DNA of 32,000 bases from Edaphobacter aggregans. GTDB taxonomy: Bacteria; Acidobacteriota; Terriglobia; Terriglobales; Acidobacteriaceae. The position numbers and the translations under genes were made by a program. The notes under the pieces were generated by a model. That model saw only the letters and a program-made list of their open reading frames with translations. It had not been told where the DNA came from and ran no database searches. Positions 9,801 to 17,768 of this stretch are shown piece by piece; within the stretch, counting starts at the first letter, position 1; the number at the start of each line of letters is the position of its first letter. The stretch is from assembly GCF_003945235.1 (NCBI RefSeq), contig NZ_RSDW01000001.1:1020001-1052000 (forward strand), written 5' to 3'.

Positions 9801-10044
9801 TAGCAGCCATGCGCATAAAAGATCGCAATGGGCCGGGAATGATGATCGTCTCTACCTTGTCCACCCTTGGTGCGACCGGTGCCGCAACGGCAGAGGTGAC
9901 CGGTGCCGCAACAGCAGGTGTGCTAGGCCGGGCCGACGGATAAGGCGCAGGCACCTGGCCATCAGAGTAGCCGGACGAGCAAAGACACAGGCACGAAGAA
10001 AGAGCGAGAAGAAAAGCAAACGGACGAAAAGTAGGCTTCATCAC
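6850..10044 (-). CDS. Large exported hypothetical protein (1064 aa), probable lipoprotein; function unknown
   Basis: Uninterrupted 3.2-kb ORF. GGAAGAGG lies ~9 nt upstream of the ATG. The N-terminus MMKPTFRPFAFLLALSSC has a lipobox-like L-S-S-C. I recognise no catalytic motif. The composition is Leu/Ala/Glu/Arg-rich. Confidence 0.75.
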   Translation of the reverse strand: MMKPTFRPFAFLLALSSCLCLCSSGYSDGQVPAPYPSARPSTPAVAAPVTSAVAAPVAPRVDKVETIIIPGPLRSFMRMAAISQKVPVDDVLPLLARNVYMQGYQNGNQTEFLILLDRYVHQARELQILAGPSSTIRVASCDDAGTLVQILGYRLREGCGQKNVFLETANPERAFLTIDSGFPLTELEEALQKGTPFSYSYPVSKVPVLFTENDWITLGAGNRKNYGSVVDVLINDPTIARLYWGLAKNNAETRIVLHESLGLRRLLPYAAALDFYGNQISIRSGRVIVPGGANAEPVWKEMVGASPDSPGDFVAHLLAKDGGWMAAYFDVLSRVSHTQQEHLTQSPRMKRLYEAFRAPGADADATRGVFRQGPDLLVLFTRVEWEPNGDPHVPGNLEVWKQIFRQKTDSKIIRDWGKRAHSWDHPEQLLEGMTALTRVVTDSGPLQSYLMASELDSARPPEKRLSPETVRLLADRFSDFSSWYLIFTEFPELSDASIARFVNVADGVDGISNSTLRGNVLGAFQANVGLWQILARQGEIPKDQLDASWQKMIDPFAKISSTTQLFDAAHNSFGEILLAAGAKADSPQDQIVDLLAGPHQENPDGQRVHEELAGKIRAVLVDQHLVSIDTLFALSDGLSDMEQGRPRNEKMLGLAGELREFEMPRPIFTKSEKIDWAPRVYSTHHAELQVQTDLSKVIKTPSTHAQLEAARGQLAPFLRDTLVGLNYAYYEPPGAQILHNNPLFIRAHDFSGISMIGSERLWQAPVLLGVGTPAGGGAYLMGSLADLPYALAMAEQDFIAPENIQALIWKELVPDLLVSATLPRWWAVSPNELHAAALYQRSGEELLVASTKDVQLRGKVISILSDRMSPQRLEETEHALQRGEDPAAIRLRMMPSETFYLAAEFRTRFPGEATSLGPAGQQLESLSQQYPAEVSYERLSRDFGVPHPTLARTYSRELLNVKPFPFFGAYSSRLFGESWESGNLYWARLTDEMGYSPVMLNRLAPELTRRMTAKIFATDLEDWPAMLRAMEETGEELRQGKIALPPMANATTSLERTVRDGYAQ
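9874..9912. repeat. Short in-frame tandem repeat (15-nt identical core, 24-nt period) inside the 1064-aa gene
   Basis: GACCGGTGCCGCAAC occurs at 9874-9888 and again at 9898-9912. It encodes the AVAAPVTS/AVAAPVAP duplication in the Pro/Ala-rich linker after the signal peptide. Confidence 0.7.
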
Positions 10045-10119
10045 TGGATACCTCTTCCGAACTTTTAAGACTTGCGGTGGCCCACAGTCCGCATCCCAGA
10101 AGCGACGCTTTCGGGAGCA

Positions 10120-10148
10120 AAACTAGGGAACCGCAAAATTTAGCACAA
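10120..10148 (-). promoter_or_regulatory. Candidate sigma70-like promoter for the 1064-aa gene / VWA operon
   Basis: On the minus strand, TTGTGC (10148-10143), a 17-nt spacer and TAGTTT (10125-10120) lie ~75 nt upstream of the ATG at 10044. This is pattern only. Confidence 0.3.
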
Positions 10149-10888
10149 CTTTGGTCTAAACCGCGCTTATGCCGTTGTCTAACGAGTTCTTACTTTTCGC
10201 GGACGAGATATGCTATCGGTCCCCGTATCCAGGTCTTTTCAATCGTTCAAATCAAGAAGCACGTCGGTTCTACCTAACCCGATCGCCAATACTGTACTCC
10301 CGTCCGCAAGGATTTACTAGAAAAGAAGTTATAGAAATCGACTGTACACATTTAAATTACAACTGGGCGCGCCATACCCCGATCATCCTTGCTGTCCGCG
10401 CCGGATCTGCCATAGCAGTCCGTTTGCTTTGACTCGACTAATTGAATGATCGAACTCTCGGGCCAGGAGCACGGTACAACTTGTCCTCGGTTGCTCAGGG
10501 GAGCGCGGCTCGCATTGCCGTTGCCTTGCTTTGTCGTCCTTTTGCCGAGACCTGACAGCAATACCTGACACCTCTGAAATCTATCCCACCAGAATCCTGT
10601 CAAGCCTTAAACAACGAATCCCCATGCAAATCAAGGAGATTCGCGTGGTGTACCAATTCCACTCGAGCACCTATAGTAACGGGAGATTAAGGCCCGGCAC
10701 ACCGGTATTTCTGCCTTTCTTTCATTTCAAATCGACGTAATTGCGAAAATTAGCATTGAGTTTTTAGAATGAATATTTTGCCGGCAACTATTTTGTTTGG
10801 AATATCTTAGTGACGCCCGTTTTGCATTTATCCGTAAACAGGAGTCTTACAAATTGATCCTAGGGGTATGACCGGTTTTATCCCATGC

Positions 10889-11413
10889 CTATATACGTCC
10901 TGTAGGCGGAGTGTCCTGGGCGTCAAACGGAACGCGCTCCTGCTCCCATAGAACCGACACATAAGCAGGGGTTTGGAGCAACCGCACACAGCGATTCCAT
11001 CGAAGGATGGCGTCGTCGTTTCCTGTCGGACGGATTTTTTCGGCCTCCGCGAAGGACCGCAGAGCCTGCTCGAAAAGTGGTAGCAGCGTATGAGGAGGCT
11101 GACCAGCATTGAGCTGCGCCTTCGCTCGCCGTTCATACAGAATTCCTGCGTAGTAGAGCCGTTCATATGGATCGATGAGTTTCTGGAAGGCCTCTTCCGC
11201 CTCTCGATAACGATCGGAGGCACCGCCAATGAACTGATCCGTAAGCGCGAGCCCGAGTAGCCGCAAGGCAAGTTGATGCAGCGGTGCAATCGTCAAGATA
11301 TCGCGACAGATTGATTCCGCCTCTTCCGGCTCATTCAGAGAGCGGTAGAGTTCTACCTTCGCAATGGCTTCGGTGACCCCCGCCGTCGAGATGCATTTGA
11401 GTTCGTATTCCAT
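10889..11413 (-). CDS. Helical-repeat (TPR-like) hypothetical protein, 174 aa, last gene of the sdh operon
   Basis: The ATG is preceded by the strong SD GGGAGGGA and sits 14 nt after the sdhB stop. The sequence is rich in helix-forming repeats (EAESICRDILTIAPLHQLALRLLGLAL; EQALRSFAEAEKIRP). Confidence 0.7.
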   Translation of the reverse strand: MEYELKCISTAGVTEAIAKVELYRSLNEPEEAESICRDILTIAPLHQLALRLLGLALTDQFIGGASDRYREAEEAFQKLIDPYERLYYAGILYERRAKAQLNAGQPPHTLLPLFEQALRSFAEAEKIRPTGNDDAILRWNRCVRLLQTPAYVSVLWEQERVPFDAQDTPPTGRI

Positions 11414-11427
11414 AGCTTCCCTCCCGT

Positions 11428-12183
11428 TTAGCTTTTTGGAGCGCTGCGAATCTTGCGAACAAGCATAAGCAGCGGATCGTAGAACTCATCCACCACCCGC
11501 TCTTTCAGCGGAATGATGGCATTATCAGTGATATGGATGTCTTCGGGGCAGACCTCAGTACAACACTTCGTGATGTTGCAGAGACCAATCCCCAACTCGT
11601 CCTTTAACAAACGCGCACGCGAGGCACCATCAAGCGGGTGCATCTCGAGCGAAGCCGTACGAACGAAGAACCGCGGTCCGCCAAATTGCTCCTGCTTATC
11701 GTGATCACGCAAAACGTGGCAGATATTCTGGCAAAGGAAACACTCAATGCATTTGCGAAATTCCTGTATGCGATCCACGTCGCGCTGGTCCATCTTCCAC
11801 GCAACCCCGGGCCGCGGCTGAAAAGGTGGAATCTTCCGGTTAACCTTGAAATTCCACGAAACATCCGTAACCAAATCCTTGATCACTGGGAAAGACTTCA
11901 TCGGAAAGATGTCGATGGGCTGATCAAGCGGAAGAGAATCCATCCGAGTCTTGCAAGTGAGCCGCGGACGGCCATTGACCTCAGCCGAACACGAGCCACA
12001 CTTTCCCGCCTTGCAATTCCACCTCACAGCAAGATCAGGAGCCTGATGTGCCTGAATCCAATGCAGCGCATCAAGCACCACCATACCCGGAACGAGAGGC
12101 ACACTATAGTCGGCAGGCGCTCCACCATCCTTGTCGCCTCGGAAGACCCGCAACGTTACCTCTGCGAACGAGCCCTCAGCCAT
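11428..12183 (-). CDS. sdhB: Succinate dehydrogenase / fumarate reductase iron-sulfur subunit
   Basis: 2Fe-2S motif CKAGKCGSCSAEVNGRPRLTC and 4Fe-4S/3Fe-4S motifs CIECFLCQNIC and CNITKCCTEVCP. GGAGG lies upstream of the ATG. Confidence 0.93.
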   Translation of the reverse strand: MAEGSFAEVTLRVFRGDKDGGAPADYSVPLVPGMVVLDALHWIQAHQAPDLAVRWNCKAGKCGSCSAEVNGRPRLTCKTRMDSLPLDQPIDIFPMKSFPVIKDLVTDVSWNFKVNRKIPPFQPRPGVAWKMDQRDVDRIQEFRKCIECFLCQNICHVLRDHDKQEQFGGPRFFVRTASLEMHPLDGASRARLLKDELGIGLCNITKCCTEVCPEDIHITDNAIIPLKERVVDEFYDPLLMLVRKIRSAPKS

Positions 12184-12195
12184 CGCCAGCCTCCG

Positions 12196-13923
12196 CTACT
12201 TCGCTCCACTATCATCTGCCAACAGTTGTTTCAGATCGTCCGGCATCTCAAGGACAGGCGTTTCGGCGAGACTCATCATGCCAGCCTTCTTGACCACGAC
12301 ATTATGCTTCTTTCCCCAGGCATCGTCCAGACCGGGAAAATCAATGCGGCTATGCGCTCCCCTACTCTCGCGACGAGCAAGCGCACTCCGCGTCACTGCT
12401 TCAGAAACAGTCAACATGCTCTGCAAGTCCCTCACCAAATGCCAGCCCGGATTGAAGAGTCGTGAGCCTTCAACGCGCACATACGCCGCACGCTCCTTCA
12501 GTGCCTCGATCTCCGATAACGCTCGCTGCAGATCTTCCTCGTTGCGAAAGATGCCCACAAGGCTCTGCATCGTAGCCTGCAAATCCTCATGAATACTGTA
12601 CGGACTCTCACCTTCCGATCGCTCGAACGGCGCAAGCATCTGGTGCACAGCCTTCTCAATCTGCGACGAATCGATCTCAGGCATCTCACTTCCCTTGGCA
12701 TGTTCCGCAGCCGCCAATCCCGCTCGTCGCCCAAACACCAGCAGGTCGGAGAGCGAATTACCACCCAACCGATTCGCCCCATGCAGCCCCACGGCAGCCT
12801 CTCCGGCCGCAAAAAGCCCTGCAACGGAAGCCTGCGCCGTCTCTGCATCCACACGAATGCCACCCATCATGTAGTGACACGTCGGCCCAACCTCCATCGG
12901 TCCCTTAGTAATGTCCACATCCGCCAGTTCCAGAAACTGGTGATACATACTTGGCAGCTTGCGCTTCACATAATCAGCAGGCTTATGCGAGATATCGAGG
13001 AACGCTCCCCCATGCTCAGTACCGCGACCCTCACGTACCTCAGTGTAGATAGAGCGCGCAACCACATCGCGCGTAGAAAGCTCCATCTTCTTAGGATCGT
13101 AGCGCTCCATAAACCGCTCGCCGTCCTTGTTACGAAGCACCCCACCTTCACCACGCACAGCTTCCGTCACCAGAATCCCTTGCACACCAGGCGGCCACAC
13201 CATGCCAGTGGGATGGAACTGTACAAATTCCATATCCATCAGATCAGCACCCGCATCATAAGCGAGCGCCATGCCGTCGCCCGTATATTCCCAGGAGTTC
13301 GAGGTTATCTTCCAAGCCTTTCCAATTCCACCTGTACAAATGATGACTGACTTAGCCCTGAACACCACAAATCGCCCCTGCTCGCGCCAATATCCGAAAG
13401 CACCGGCAATACGGTCACCGTCTTTGAGCAGTTGAGTGACCGTGCACTCCATATAGACATCGATACCCAAATGCACACCACGATCCTGCAAGGTGCGAAT
13501 CATCTCTAGCCCAGTGCGATCACCTACATGGCACAAACGCTTATAGGTATGGCCCCCGAAAGCTCGTTGCAGGATGTCGCCATTCTCAGTGCGATCAAAC
13601 AAGGCGCCCCATTGTTCCAACTCGCGCACGCGTTCCGGGGCCTCCTGGGCGTGGAGCTGCGCCATGCGCCAGTTATTCAGAAATTTTCCGCCACGCATTG
13701 TGTCGCGAAAGTGCGTACGCCAGTCGTCAGACGTATCCACGTTGGCCATCGCCGCAGCGATGCCGCCTTCGGCCATCACCGTGTGTGCTTTGCCAAGCAG
13801 AGACTTGCACACAACCCCGACCCTTACACCTTGTGCCAACGCCTCAATCGCAGCGCGAAGCCCCGCACCGCCAGCGCCGATGATGAGCACATCGTGTTCG
13901 TGTACTTCGTACTTTGAATTCAC
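12196..13923 (-). CDS. sdhA: Succinate dehydrogenase / fumarate reductase flavoprotein subunit (575 aa, GTG start)
   Basis: FAD-binding fold DVLIIGAGGAGLRAA, covalent-FAD His context KAHTVMAEGG, and FVQFHPTG, RGEGG and HYMMGGI motifs. Confidence 0.95.
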   Translation of the reverse strand: MNSKYEVHEHDVLIIGAGGAGLRAAIEALAQGVRVGVVCKSLLGKAHTVMAEGGIAAAMANVDTSDDWRTHFRDTMRGGKFLNNWRMAQLHAQEAPERVRELEQWGALFDRTENGDILQRAFGGHTYKRLCHVGDRTGLEMIRTLQDRGVHLGIDVYMECTVTQLLKDGDRIAGAFGYWREQGRFVVFRAKSVIICTGGIGKAWKITSNSWEYTGDGMALAYDAGADLMDMEFVQFHPTGMVWPPGVQGILVTEAVRGEGGVLRNKDGERFMERYDPKKMELSTRDVVARSIYTEVREGRGTEHGGAFLDISHKPADYVKRKLPSMYHQFLELADVDITKGPMEVGPTCHYMMGGIRVDAETAQASVAGLFAAGEAAVGLHGANRLGGNSLSDLLVFGRRAGLAAAEHAKGSEMPEIDSSQIEKAVHQMLAPFERSEGESPYSIHEDLQATMQSLVGIFRNEEDLQRALSEIEALKERAAYVRVEGSRLFNPGWHLVRDLQSMLTVSEAVTRSALARRESRGAHSRIDFPGLDDAWGKKHNVVVKKAGMMSLAETPVLEMPDDLKQLLADDSGAK

Positions 13924-14678
13924 AGTAGCCGAATATCCTTCAGCACACCCGAGGAGACCATGCGCACATAGAGATCAGCCAGACCCACTGAAAAGAGACT
14001 CATCCAGGCAAAGAGCATGTGGCGTTCGTTCAGCCGGCTAAGCCATCCCCAGGCACTATGGCGCGAAGGACCAAACTGCGTGCAGGAAAAGCAATCCAGC
14101 TTCCCTCCCGCCAGATGACGCAGGGAATGACAAGAGAAGGTGTAAAGAGTGAGCAAGACGATATTCGCCAGCAACACTAGTGAACCCACACCAATTCCAA
14201 ACCCATCCTGAAAAAAGAAAGCGCGAATCGCATCCCACCAAAGAAAGGCGAGAAACACCAATGCAAGGTAAAGGAACCAGCGATGAAGGTTTTGCAGAAT
14301 GAATGGGAAGCGCGTTTCACCACGGTAAGCGCCTCTGCCTCCTTCGCTTACACCGCAAGCTGGAGGGTGCAGGAAAAACGCCCGATAGTACGCTTTTCGA
14401 TAGTAGTAGCAGGTCGCCCGAAACCCGAGTGGACCGGCCAAAATCAGAAGTGCCGGCGAAAACCGCCACCAGCGATGCTCAGGATCGATCAGCGGAGAAT
14501 AAAACGGTGAAAGGTAAGGCCCCCACGCATAGAACTTCCCTTCGAAAGCCCGAAAGGTGGCATAAATTCCAAATGAACTCAGAATGACGATGACAGGCAG
14601 AAGTTCAACCCACCATGCGTCTCGTCGCAACGTACTGCCGAAGACATTGAGTCGACGATCCGCAGAAGATCCCGCCAT
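13920..14678 (-). CDS. sdhC: Succinate:quinone oxidoreductase membrane anchor, single large cytochrome b-type subunit (type B, 252 aa)
   Basis: Multi-helix hydrophobic protein with conserved-looking His residues. It overlaps the sdhA start by 4 nt. The C-A-B gene order matches the Bacillus/Wolinella-type enzymes. The subunit class assignment is an inference. Confidence 0.7.
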   Translation of the reverse strand: MAGSSADRRLNVFGSTLRRDAWWVELLPVIVILSSFGIYATFRAFEGKFYAWGPYLSPFYSPLIDPEHRWWRFSPALLILAGPLGFRATCYYYRKAYYRAFFLHPPACGVSEGGRGAYRGETRFPFILQNLHRWFLYLALVFLAFLWWDAIRAFFFQDGFGIGVGSLVLLANIVLLTLYTFSCHSLRHLAGGKLDCFSCTQFGPSRHSAWGWLSRLNERHMLFAWMSLFSVGLADLYVRMVSSGVLKDIRLL

Positions 14679-14815
14679 GGGTACCCCTCACGTCCGTACT
14701 AGAGTAGTCATAAAACCTGTTTTTGCAAATCGGAATTTCAGAACATTACTTTCTACCTATCTCAACCTTTTGGTGGATGTTGAACCTGTGAAGCTCCCGG
14801 TACGATGTTGCCTCA

Positions 14816-16126
14816 ATGGAACAGCATAGGCAGCTGGGGTTGGCAGCTACGATCGCCGTCGTTACAGGAGAATCCATCGCGCTCGGCATCTTCCTGACGC
14901 CAGCTGCCATGGCAAAGTCCTTAGGATCTCCTCTGCTGCTCGCAGCAGTATGGTGCGGTATGGGACTGATAACAATGTGCGGCGCGCTGTGTTATTCGGA
15001 GTTGGCCGTACGCTTCCCCCACGCTGGCGGCGAATACGTCTACCTTCGCGAGGGCTATGGCAGTCGCGTGGCATTTCTCTACGGTTGGATGTCCGCAGCC
15101 GTGATGGATCCGGGTATTGCTGCAGCGCTGGCCATGGGCGCTACGCCCTATCTGTTTTCACTCTTCGGCGTCTCCCCGCAGGTCAGATTATGGATTCCTG
15201 CCGTTATTCTCCTTTGTCTCGCGGCGTTGAACTATACCGGAACTCAGTTCAGCCGACGAATCATGGCGTCTGCAAACTTGCTCAAAATAGCAGTCTTGTT
15301 GTGTCTGGTCGCATGGGCTTGGCTCTCAGGCCACGCAACCACGGCTAACCTGATGCCTCTCGCAGAACGTCGTAGCGGATCAGAGCCCATCTTTGGCGCG
15401 ATTGCCGGAGCGACCGTCAGCGCATTCTTCAGCTTTGGTGGATGGTGGGAAGCAGGCAAAGTGGCCGGAGAGGTACGCAACCCACGACGCAATCTTCCAC
15501 TCGCCTTCACCTGCGGAGTATTCCTGGTCACCCTGGTCTATCTATTAGTGAGCTTCGCATTCCTGTCGGTCGTGCCGCTTGAACGCATTGTCTCGAACAC
15601 CGCCTTCGTTGCCCAGTTCGGCGAAGCACTCTTCGGAAGTATCGGCGGAAAAGTCCTCTCCGCCTGCGTGCTGCTATCGGTTTTCGGCGGCTTGATGGCA
15701 CTCACTATGGCTGCGCCGCGCGTCTACTACGCTATGGCGAAAGATGGCGCATTCTTCTCCGCCTTTGGACGACTCCATCCGCGCTTCGGCACACCGGCCA
15801 ACGCCGTTCTATTGCAGACCGGTCTTGGCCTTCTCGTCATATGCTTCGGCGCGTTCGACCGCATTCTCTCCTTCATCATCTTTTCGGCGATCTGCTTTCT
15901 AGCCCTGTCTGCCGCGTCTCTCTTCCGGCTCAAGGAGCCTGTGACACGCTGGTGGTACCCCATCGCTCCCATACTCTTTCTCGTCGGCTGCACCATAATC
16001 AATCTGCTCATCCTGATGCACGATCCTGTCCCCGCGCTCGTGGGTTTGGCCGCAGTACTTTGCGGAGATCCCATTCGACGTCTCTTTTTCTCTACACCAA
16101 AGATTTCTGCTACAACTACCGCTTAG
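14816..16126 (+). CDS. Amino acid/polyamine (APC superfamily) permease, 436 aa
   Basis: About 12 hydrophobic segments. The N-terminal IAVVTGESIALGIFLTPA and the FSFGGWWEAGKVAGEVRNPRRNLP motif are typical of APC transporters. Confidence 0.85.
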   Translation: MEQHRQLGLAATIAVVTGESIALGIFLTPAAMAKSLGSPLLLAAVWCGMGLITMCGALCYSELAVRFPHAGGEYVYLREGYGSRVAFLYGWMSAAVMDPGIAAALAMGATPYLFSLFGVSPQVRLWIPAVILLCLAALNYTGTQFSRRIMASANLLKIAVLLCLVAWAWLSGHATTANLMPLAERRSGSEPIFGAIAGATVSAFFSFGGWWEAGKVAGEVRNPRRNLPLAFTCGVFLVTLVYLLVSFAFLSVVPLERIVSNTAFVAQFGEALFGSIGGKVLSACVLLSVFGGLMALTMAAPRVYYAMAKDGAFFSAFGRLHPRFGTPANAVLLQTGLGLLVICFGAFDRILSFIIFSAICFLALSAASLFRLKEPVTRWWYPIAPILFLVGCTIINLLILMHDPVPALVGLAAVLCGDPIRRLFFSTPKISATTTA

Positions 16127-16153
16127 CAAGCCTAGCTGAAAGGATGTATCACC

Positions 16154-16723
16154 ATGCCTCACATTCAACTACCCGAAGGACTACCTGGCATCCGCGGCGC
16201 AATGGCCTTCCGGCCTGAAACAGCGAAGCCTCTTAACGAGCTGGTTGAGATTCTCCTCCACGGGCCCAATTCCCTCTCGCCAGGAGAGCGCGAACTCATC
16301 GCAACCTACGTCTCATCAGAGAACGATTGCTACTACTGCCAAACAATCCACGGCTCAATTGCAGCCGCCAGCCTGAACGACGATGAAGCCCTCGTGAAGA
16401 AGGTTAAGCATGATTTTCAGAGTGCCGCTGTCTCCGACAAATTGAAGGCACTCCTCGTCATCGCTGGGCAGGTGCAAAAGGGCGGCAAGCACGTTACAGC
16501 AGAAGCTGTCGCGCACGCCCGCGATATCGGCGCAACCGATTTCGAAATCCATGACACTGTCCTGATAGCCGCTGCCTTCTGCATGTTTAACCGTTATGTC
16601 GATGGCCTTGACACGACGCAACCAAGAGACGAAGCGATGTATCGTGAACGTGGCAAGCGTGTCGCTCGTGAAGGATACGTTACTGTCAGTAAAGAATATC
16701 TACCCGCGGAAGTTTCTAGCTAA
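16154..16723 (+). CDS. Carboxymuconolactone decarboxylase (AhpD-like) family, peroxidase-related protein, 189 aa
   Basis: CxxCxxxH redox motif (NDCYYCQTIHG). The MPHIQLPEGLPGI N-terminus and overall layout resemble the uncharacterised peroxidase-related CMD subfamily. AAAGGA lies upstream. Confidence 0.8.
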   Translation: MPHIQLPEGLPGIRGAMAFRPETAKPLNELVEILLHGPNSLSPGERELIATYVSSENDCYYCQTIHGSIAAASLNDDEALVKKVKHDFQSAAVSDKLKALLVIAGQVQKGGKHVTAEAVAHARDIGATDFEIHDTVLIAAAFCMFNRYVDGLDTTQPRDEAMYRERGKRVAREGYVTVSKEYLPAEVSS

Positions 16724-16754
16724 AACATCAACAACACCCAGAGGATCAGCGAAC

Positions 16755-17324
16755 ATGCCACACATATCACTTCCTGAAGGGTTGCCAGGCATCAGCAGCG
16801 GCTTCGCATTCCGTCCCGAAACGGCCAAGCCAATGCGCGAGCTGGCTCACATCCTTCTGCACGGACCCAGCACTCTGACACCGGCAGAACGCGAACTGAT
16901 TGCAACCTACGTATCGAGTCAGAATGATTGCTATTTCTGCCAGACGAGCCACGGCGCTGCCGCAGCCGCTCATCTCGGCGATGACTCGACTCTTGTGGAG
17001 CAAGTAAAACAGGACTTTCTTCATGCCGACATTTCGGACAAGCTCAAAGCGCTCCTCGTAATCGCGGGCCAAGTCCAAAAAGGCGGCAAGAATGTCCTGC
17101 CACACAGCATAGGAAAAGCGCGCCGGGAAGGTGCGACTGACCTTGAGATCCATGACACCGTACTCATTGCTGCGGCCTTCTGCATGTACAACCGTTATGT
17201 CGATGGGCTCGCCACATGGCAGCCCCGCGATCCGGCTATGTATTCCAGCGTGGGAGAACACCTCGCCACACATGGATACCTAACGCCTTCAGTGAAGGCC
17301 CCAGCTCTGGAGGTTACGAAATGA
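16755..17324 (+). CDS. Tandem paralog of the CMD/AhpD-like protein, 189 aa
   Basis: Same length as its neighbour and roughly two-thirds identical to it by eye (MPHISLPEGLPGI..., NDCYFCQTSHG, DKLKALLVIAGQVQKGGK). GAGGA lies upstream of ATG 16755. The ORF-track start at 16596 is rejected. Confidence 0.8.
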   Translation: MPHISLPEGLPGISSGFAFRPETAKPMRELAHILLHGPSTLTPAERELIATYVSSQNDCYFCQTSHGAAAAAHLGDDSTLVEQVKQDFLHADISDKLKALLVIAGQVQKGGKNVLPHSIGKARREGATDLEIHDTVLIAAAFCMYNRYVDGLATWQPRDPAMYSSVGEHLATHGYLTPSVKAPALEVTK

Positions 17325-17686
17325 CCCACCCGTTCCGTATGTTCCTGTCAGTAACGTTTGTATCCATCTCCTGCTTCGCCATGGCCGCAGATCGCGGCAC
17401 CGACGTCACAGTATCCGGCTGGGTCATCGATTCGGCGTGCGCCTACACGAAAGGTCTCGACAAGCCAATTGGCCCTGCCTGCGCCAAAGCATGCGCCCGA
17501 AATGGTTCCCCTCTAGTTATTCTGCGAGATGATGGCACCATCTTCATGCCCATCGACAGCAAAACACCCTCCTCTTCCCAGAATCCGCGGCTGATGCCAT
17601 TCGCGGGTGAACGTGTCACAATCACGGGAAGAGACTACGTTCGCAACGGTTCACACGGTTTGGCGATAGACAAAATCTCTAAGTAA
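17321..17686 (+). CDS. Small secreted Cys-containing hypothetical protein, 121 aa
   Basis: ATG 17321 overlaps the stop of the preceding gene (ATGA), with GGAGG 7 nt upstream. The signal peptide is MTHPFRMFLSVTFVSISCFAMA. The mature part has a C-x11-C-x3-C pattern (SACAYTKGLDKPIGPACAKAC). Confidence 0.65.
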   Translation: MTHPFRMFLSVTFVSISCFAMAADRGTDVTVSGWVIDSACAYTKGLDKPIGPACAKACARNGSPLVILRDDGTIFMPIDSKTPSSSQNPRLMPFAGERVTITGRDYVRNGSHGLAIDKISK

Positions 17687-17768
17687 AGAAGCAGCGCCCA
17701 ACATGACGCACCAAATCGTTTAGCTCGCTTGCCAGCAAGCATCGCACCAACAAATAGACAGACTTAAG

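Noticed and set aside
10077-10740. Five 62-87-aa ORFs in the 840-bp gap as possible small genes
   Set aside because: They mutually overlap, have no SD motifs, and have odd composition (Ser/Arg/Cys-rich) with no recognisable domains. The gap is treated as non-coding.
11638-13350. 275-aa and 253-aa plus-strand ORFs antisense to sdhB and sdhA
   Set aside because: They are antisense shadows of strongly supported Fe-S and flavoprotein genes, with no motifs and no ribosome-binding sites.
16596-16754. Longer 242-aa version of the second CMD-like gene overlapping the first
   Set aside because: The paralog alignment starts exactly at MPHISLPEGLPGI (ATG 16755, GAGGA upstream). The extension would overlap the first gene by 128 nt. 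Extensions at 3842, 17216, 23520, 26079, 29555 and 30507 were rejected for similar reasons.
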